DNA of 64,000 nt from the human T2T-CHM13v2.0 reference genome, Homo sapiens, in NCBI RefSeq assembly GCF_009914755.1, contig NC_060928.1; one strand, given 5' to 3'. The position numbers and the translations under genes are program-made. The notes under the pieces were generated by a model, which ran no database searches, had not been told where the DNA came from, and saw only the letters and a program-made list of their open reading frames with translations. This document shows, piece after piece, positions 57,335-64,000 of this stretch (position 1 is its first letter; the number at the start of each line of letters is the position of its first letter).

Positions 57335-57724
57335 TGTTATGGACTGAATTGTGCCCCACCAACAAAACTCATATGTTGAAGCCCTAGCCTCTCATGTGAC
57401 CATAGGAGATAGAATCTTTAAGGACATAATTAAGGTTAAGTGAAGTCATGAATTAGGCCTTAATCCAATAGGTCTGCTGTGATGATAAGCAAAGGGACAA
57501 ATACCATAGCTCTCTCTCCATGTGCTCTCAGAGGAAAGGCCATGTGAGGACACAGTGAGAAGGCGGCCATCTCCAAGGCAAGGGGGGAGGCCTTAAACGA
57601 AATCAACACTGCTGACACCTTGATCTTGAACTTCCAGTCCCCAGAACTGTGATCAAATGGTTTTCTGTTGTTTAATCCACCCAGTCTGTGGTATTGTATT
57701 ATGGTACCCTAGCAGGTTAACCCA
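57335..57724 (+). mobile_element. MLT1A/B-like solo LTR
   Basis: tgttatggactgaattgtg...ggccatgtgaggacacagtgagaagg...acaccttgatcttgaacttccag. Confidence 0.85.
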
Positions 57725-57984
57725 TTATTCAATCCTCTTAACATTACAGCTACTATTTTCTCCAGATATCTTAAATGCCAGATATGCCTCTGTATTTGAT
57801 GTATTCTTTTCCACTGAAGTAGCCTCCCAGCTTGCCTTCAACAAATGTTGTAACGATTAGACTACCATCTTCTGTGAAACCTCGCTCTCTTCCACCTTTT
57901 ACCAGGAATGGGGTCCCCCTCCAGCCAGGCAGTGGGTCATCCAGTTCCAAAACCCCTCTCATTGACCACTTTATCCTACCATAT

Positions 57985-58380
57985 CTGTCTTGACAGTTGT
58001 AAGATGGATTTTTTGGAGTCAGGTGCTGACATGGCTGTAAGATATTTATTAGGAATCAACATGTATCATAGGAAGCAGGATTGGTTAAAGGAAGAAGTGA
58101 ATTTCAATGCAGGCAAAATGAACATCAGAAAACATGGTGGGGAGCTCTGAAGCTAGTACTTCCCGTCAGATGATCCTGTGTTGGGCCAAAATGGCCAGGC
58201 CTTTCTACTCCTACCTTGCTCAGTCTCCAGAGATGGGCTGCCCTGGACAGGACGTGACTGCAGCTGGGGCAGCTCTCTGCATCTTCACAGATCCTGAAGG
58301 GTTATCAGCTAGAGGCCGTCTGCTGAATACATCTCTACAGCTGAGCAGTAATCCTTCCTTGCTGGGGACATGAGTTTCAC
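57985..58380 (-). mobile_element. LTR16A-like LTR, probably with ERVL internal relics to its left
   Basis: gtaagatatttattaggaatcaac...gggagctctgaagcta...gggccaaaatggccaggccttt. Confidence 0.6.
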
Positions 58381-58389
58381 ATAATCATA

Positions 58390-60789
<2,400 letters not shown>

Positions 60790-61265
60790 AAAATTCTATT
60801 TCTTAGTGGTAGTTTCATACATGTTTCCTTCATTTAAAAATTTTATATTGTATATATATTTTAATATATTTTTCTGCATATAAAATAAAACTCACAATAG
60901 AAAAGAAAAACAGCAATAGATGTAGCTATTATGACAAAGCTCAAGAAGAATAATGCCTGCTATTTCATGTGTAGTATTTCTAATTCAAATTTATGAATTA
61001 GTTTGCCTTTATTATTAATTATTTTTAAATGAATTAGCTGCCTTTCTTTGGGCTTGCTTTAAAAATGAAGAATCACCACTATCGTTCTCTGATTCATTCA
61101 TTGGTCTGCATATTTTCTGGACTGTTCTTGTTTGAGGCATGTTACTACATATTGGGGGCACAGAGATAGATAAGACTCAGGCCTTGCTCTAAAAGAGTCT
61201 GCATTTCAGTACGTGAGTGTGGTTAGTGGGAGCGAAGGATTAGTTGAATAACTTATTGCCCAGAG

Positions 61266-61453
61266 CAATGGTTCTCAGACTTGAGCATGCAGCAGAATCA
61301 CCAGATGGGTTGGCAGAACACAGATTACCGGGCCCCACCCCCAGAGTATCTGATTCAGGAGAGCAAGGATAGGGCCTGAGAATCTGCATGTCTCACAATT
61401 CCCCAGTGATGCAGATGTTGCTGATCCAGAGGACCCTGCTTTAAGAATCACTG
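61266..61453. mobile_element. MER5A hAT-Charlie MITE, full length
   Basis: TIRs caatggttctca...taagaatcactg; internal gggccccacccccagagtatctgattcag. Confidence 0.88.
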
Positions 61454-62719
61454 CTTTAGAACATTTGTATGATCTGAAAAGTATTCCTTAATTTAATGAC
61501 TTCTCTCTTCTCAGATAGTTTTTTTTTGTTGTTGAAAAAAACTAAACAGAAAAAGAAATGTATCAACCCCCTATTCATGTAAGCAGGTTAAAATATAGTA
61601 TTTTATTACTCTTCACATAACTTTTCTTTTGTTTGGTTTTAGATCTTATGCTTTCTTGATACAACTAAAGCTAGAGAGACATGGAAGTGGGGAGATGACG
61701 TGTCCATGCCTAAACTGGGCATCAGGAAAGGGGGGTATGCTTTAGCTGTTACTAGATCAGGCAGGGATTCAGAGCTGAAGCTGCTCCTCAGGGGAAAAGA
61801 GGTCAGACCCTCGGTGAGTTGTGTGGAATTACTTGCCCAGTGGTAGCTGGAGGGGCCCAGATTCAAGAGGCTATTGAAAGGCAACTCAGGATTGAGGCAT
61901 CATCCCATTGGAGATAGTGGTTGTTAAAAATTTAGACAGATTCAAGAGGTAAAGATGAAGAAGATCAGCTAAAATGATCAAAAAGTTACTGGAATATGTT
62001 CATTTTTTAAAAAGTGAAAATGACAGTGGTTTATTTGGTTTCCAAACAAGAGGTTCAGAGGTGGCCAGTCCCGGCCCAGGGAATATGCTGGATGGTGCCG
62101 TCAAGGGCTCACCATCCTCAGTTGGTGACTATATTCATGATCCCTGGAAGGCTGCTGTCCCTCCAGACACTTCTGTATTCCAGGAAGGAAGAAAAAAAAG
62201 ACAGCAATGCATGAAAGGGTTCACAAGCTGTCAGGAAAGTAAAAGCTTTCCTGGAAGTTGCAGCCAGAATTTGTCTGCTTGTACCACGTGACTAACATTT
62301 CTCCATGTCCCCCAGTGCACAACGTGTATGTATATTAAATCATCTCATTGTACACTTTGAAAGCATACGATTTGTCAGTTAAACATCTTAAAGTAAAACA
62401 AAGACAAAACAAAAACCAGAAATGTAAAAGAATATTTCTGCTTGAATCTCACTGACTGGAACCATGCCACATGACCACCTGAGGGTGGAAAGAAGATAAG
62501 GGAGGTGGAATTGGATATGGGATTGGCTAGCCAGTGTCTGCCACACCAAGGAGAGACCCTGTTAGTTCCAGTCTTCCAAATGTTAGTCTTTGCCAGTTTT
62601 TTGGGACACACAATTTATTCCAGCAGAGATTTCTCTTGATAGAGTTTAATGTGAAACCATGCATTTCTCTCGGCAAGGCAGGCAAATTACTCCCTCTCTT
62701 GGAGACTCATTCTGGCTTG

Positions 62720-62990
62720 TTTCATAGGATGGTAATTTAGGTGCTGTCTTTGGAAACAGACTTCGTTGGTTTGAATCCTGGCTCCTCTTATTAGTTGTGT
62801 GACTTTGGGCAAGTTACTTTCTCCCAGTGTCTGCATTTCTTCATCCATAAAAGAAGAATTAAAAGTGGTTCTCACCTTATCAGAGTATTATAGGAGTTAA
62901 CACAACAGCTAATATAGCGCATGTGAAACAGAACAGTGCCCAGTCCAGACTAAGCCCTGGATAAATGGATAAATGTTAGCAATTACTCTT
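62720..62990 (+). mobile_element. MIR SINE, near full length
   Basis: ggtttgaatcctggctc...tgtgactttgggcaagttactt...aaatgttagcaatta. Confidence 0.8.
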
Positions 62991-63857
62991 CAAAGGTTAG
63001 AAATTTACGTGGTCCCAACCTTTCTCACCTGGTTTATGTAAAATGCCTCTCATTTCCTTCATACTAATTGAAAACTTATTTTTCATTTTCCTTCAAGTTT
63101 CTTGTTTCTGGAAGCCTAGAGTTGCACCCAGTGTGCATTTCTCAAGTGACACGGTTGCTAATCTCTGTTAGGCATTCCTGTCCTGACAGTCAGTTCATTG
63201 CCATGAATCTCCACGTTTTTGGTGAGACCTGTGACATCCACTTCCTAGGAAGGATGCTGCTACCTTAGACCTAACTTTTTTCAGCCTGAGACTTGAAACT
63301 TGCCCCAGCAGATTCCCAAACTGAAGCTATTGATGTTTCTGAAGCACGTGCTTCTAGCAACCCTGAAAGCTCTGGTACCTCTGCCCTGTGTTCCTCAAGA
63401 AACAGTCTTTCCTTGGCTTTTAAATGTTCCATGCTCAAAATAGCATTTCTATTTGCTAAATTTCCTTTTTCTGTTCCAATATTATTTTGGGAAGGCTCAG
63501 CTGGGTTTCCTAACCCCTTATTATTCTCTGGCAGGTCACTTTCCTTCTCTAACACACATGGGCCTAGCCTTGTTTGTTGGGTTTCTGTATCTCCTTTCCT
63601 TTCACTATCCCACTGGCTTCTGGCCCAGATATTTATTTCACTAATATTCTCCTCTAGAGAACCTCTTGTGGGGTTCCCACAGTGAGAGATATGGAATGAA
63701 CCAGCCTTGGGCCTGAAAAGAACACACTTCCAGAGCTGAATAATCCAATCCAGTAAGCACTCAACCATGAGATCAATATCTAACCCAGACTTGGCTTTGC
63801 TTTATTATTTTCTGGTCCAGTTCCCCTTTAAGATATTTCAAACTTTCTGTGCCTACC

Positions 63858-64000
63858 TGTTTTAGTCCATTTTCATACTGCTATGAAGAAATATCAAAGA
63901 CTGGGTAATTTATAAAGAAAAAGAGGTTTAATAAACTCACAGTTCCACATGGCTGGGTAGGCCTCATAGTCATGGCAGAAGGTGAAGGAGGAGCAAAGGC
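63858..64000 (-). mobile_element. THE1 (THE1C-like) LTR running off the window edge
   Basis: tgttttagtccattttcatactgctatgaagaaat...gactgggtaatttataaagaaaaagaggttt. Confidence 0.85.

Noticed and set aside
63271-63768. 165-aa and 130-aa overlapping ORFs
   Set aside because: No recognisable domain; probably decayed repeat or unique non-coding sequence

Overview
Primate (human or great-ape type) non-coding genomic DNA made up largely of transposable-element relics. I find no supportable host protein-coding exon, rRNA, tRNA or CRISPR array; every long ORF in the track is LINE-1-derived, Alu/LTR-derived or low-complexity. Main elements: (1) a full-length, TSD-flanked L1PA2/late-L1PA3 (minus strand, ~25.4-31.5 kb) with dead ORF1/ORF2 but an open antisense ORF0, lacking the 129-bp ZNF93 target segment; (2) a composite at 43.25-49.45 kb of two inverted MER50 LTRs with a tRNA-His-like primer-binding site, interrupted by a 5'-inverted (twin-primed) L1PB; (3) a TSD-flanked retrocopy of BC200 RNA at 37.94-38.10 kb; (4) about 11 Alus, 5 THE1 LTRs, many MLT1/MLT2/LTR16/MER67 LTRs, ERVL pol relics, DNA-transposon MITEs and microsatellites. 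I see no evidence for a new multi-gene biological system. The most unusual structures are the inverted MER50 composite, the BC200 retrocopy and the ORF0/antisense-promoter module. Subfamily names come from my recall of consensus sequences, were not computed, and need RepeatMasker/Dfam confirmation. Boundaries of ancient repeats are approximate, and many small MIR/L2 remnants are not listed individually.
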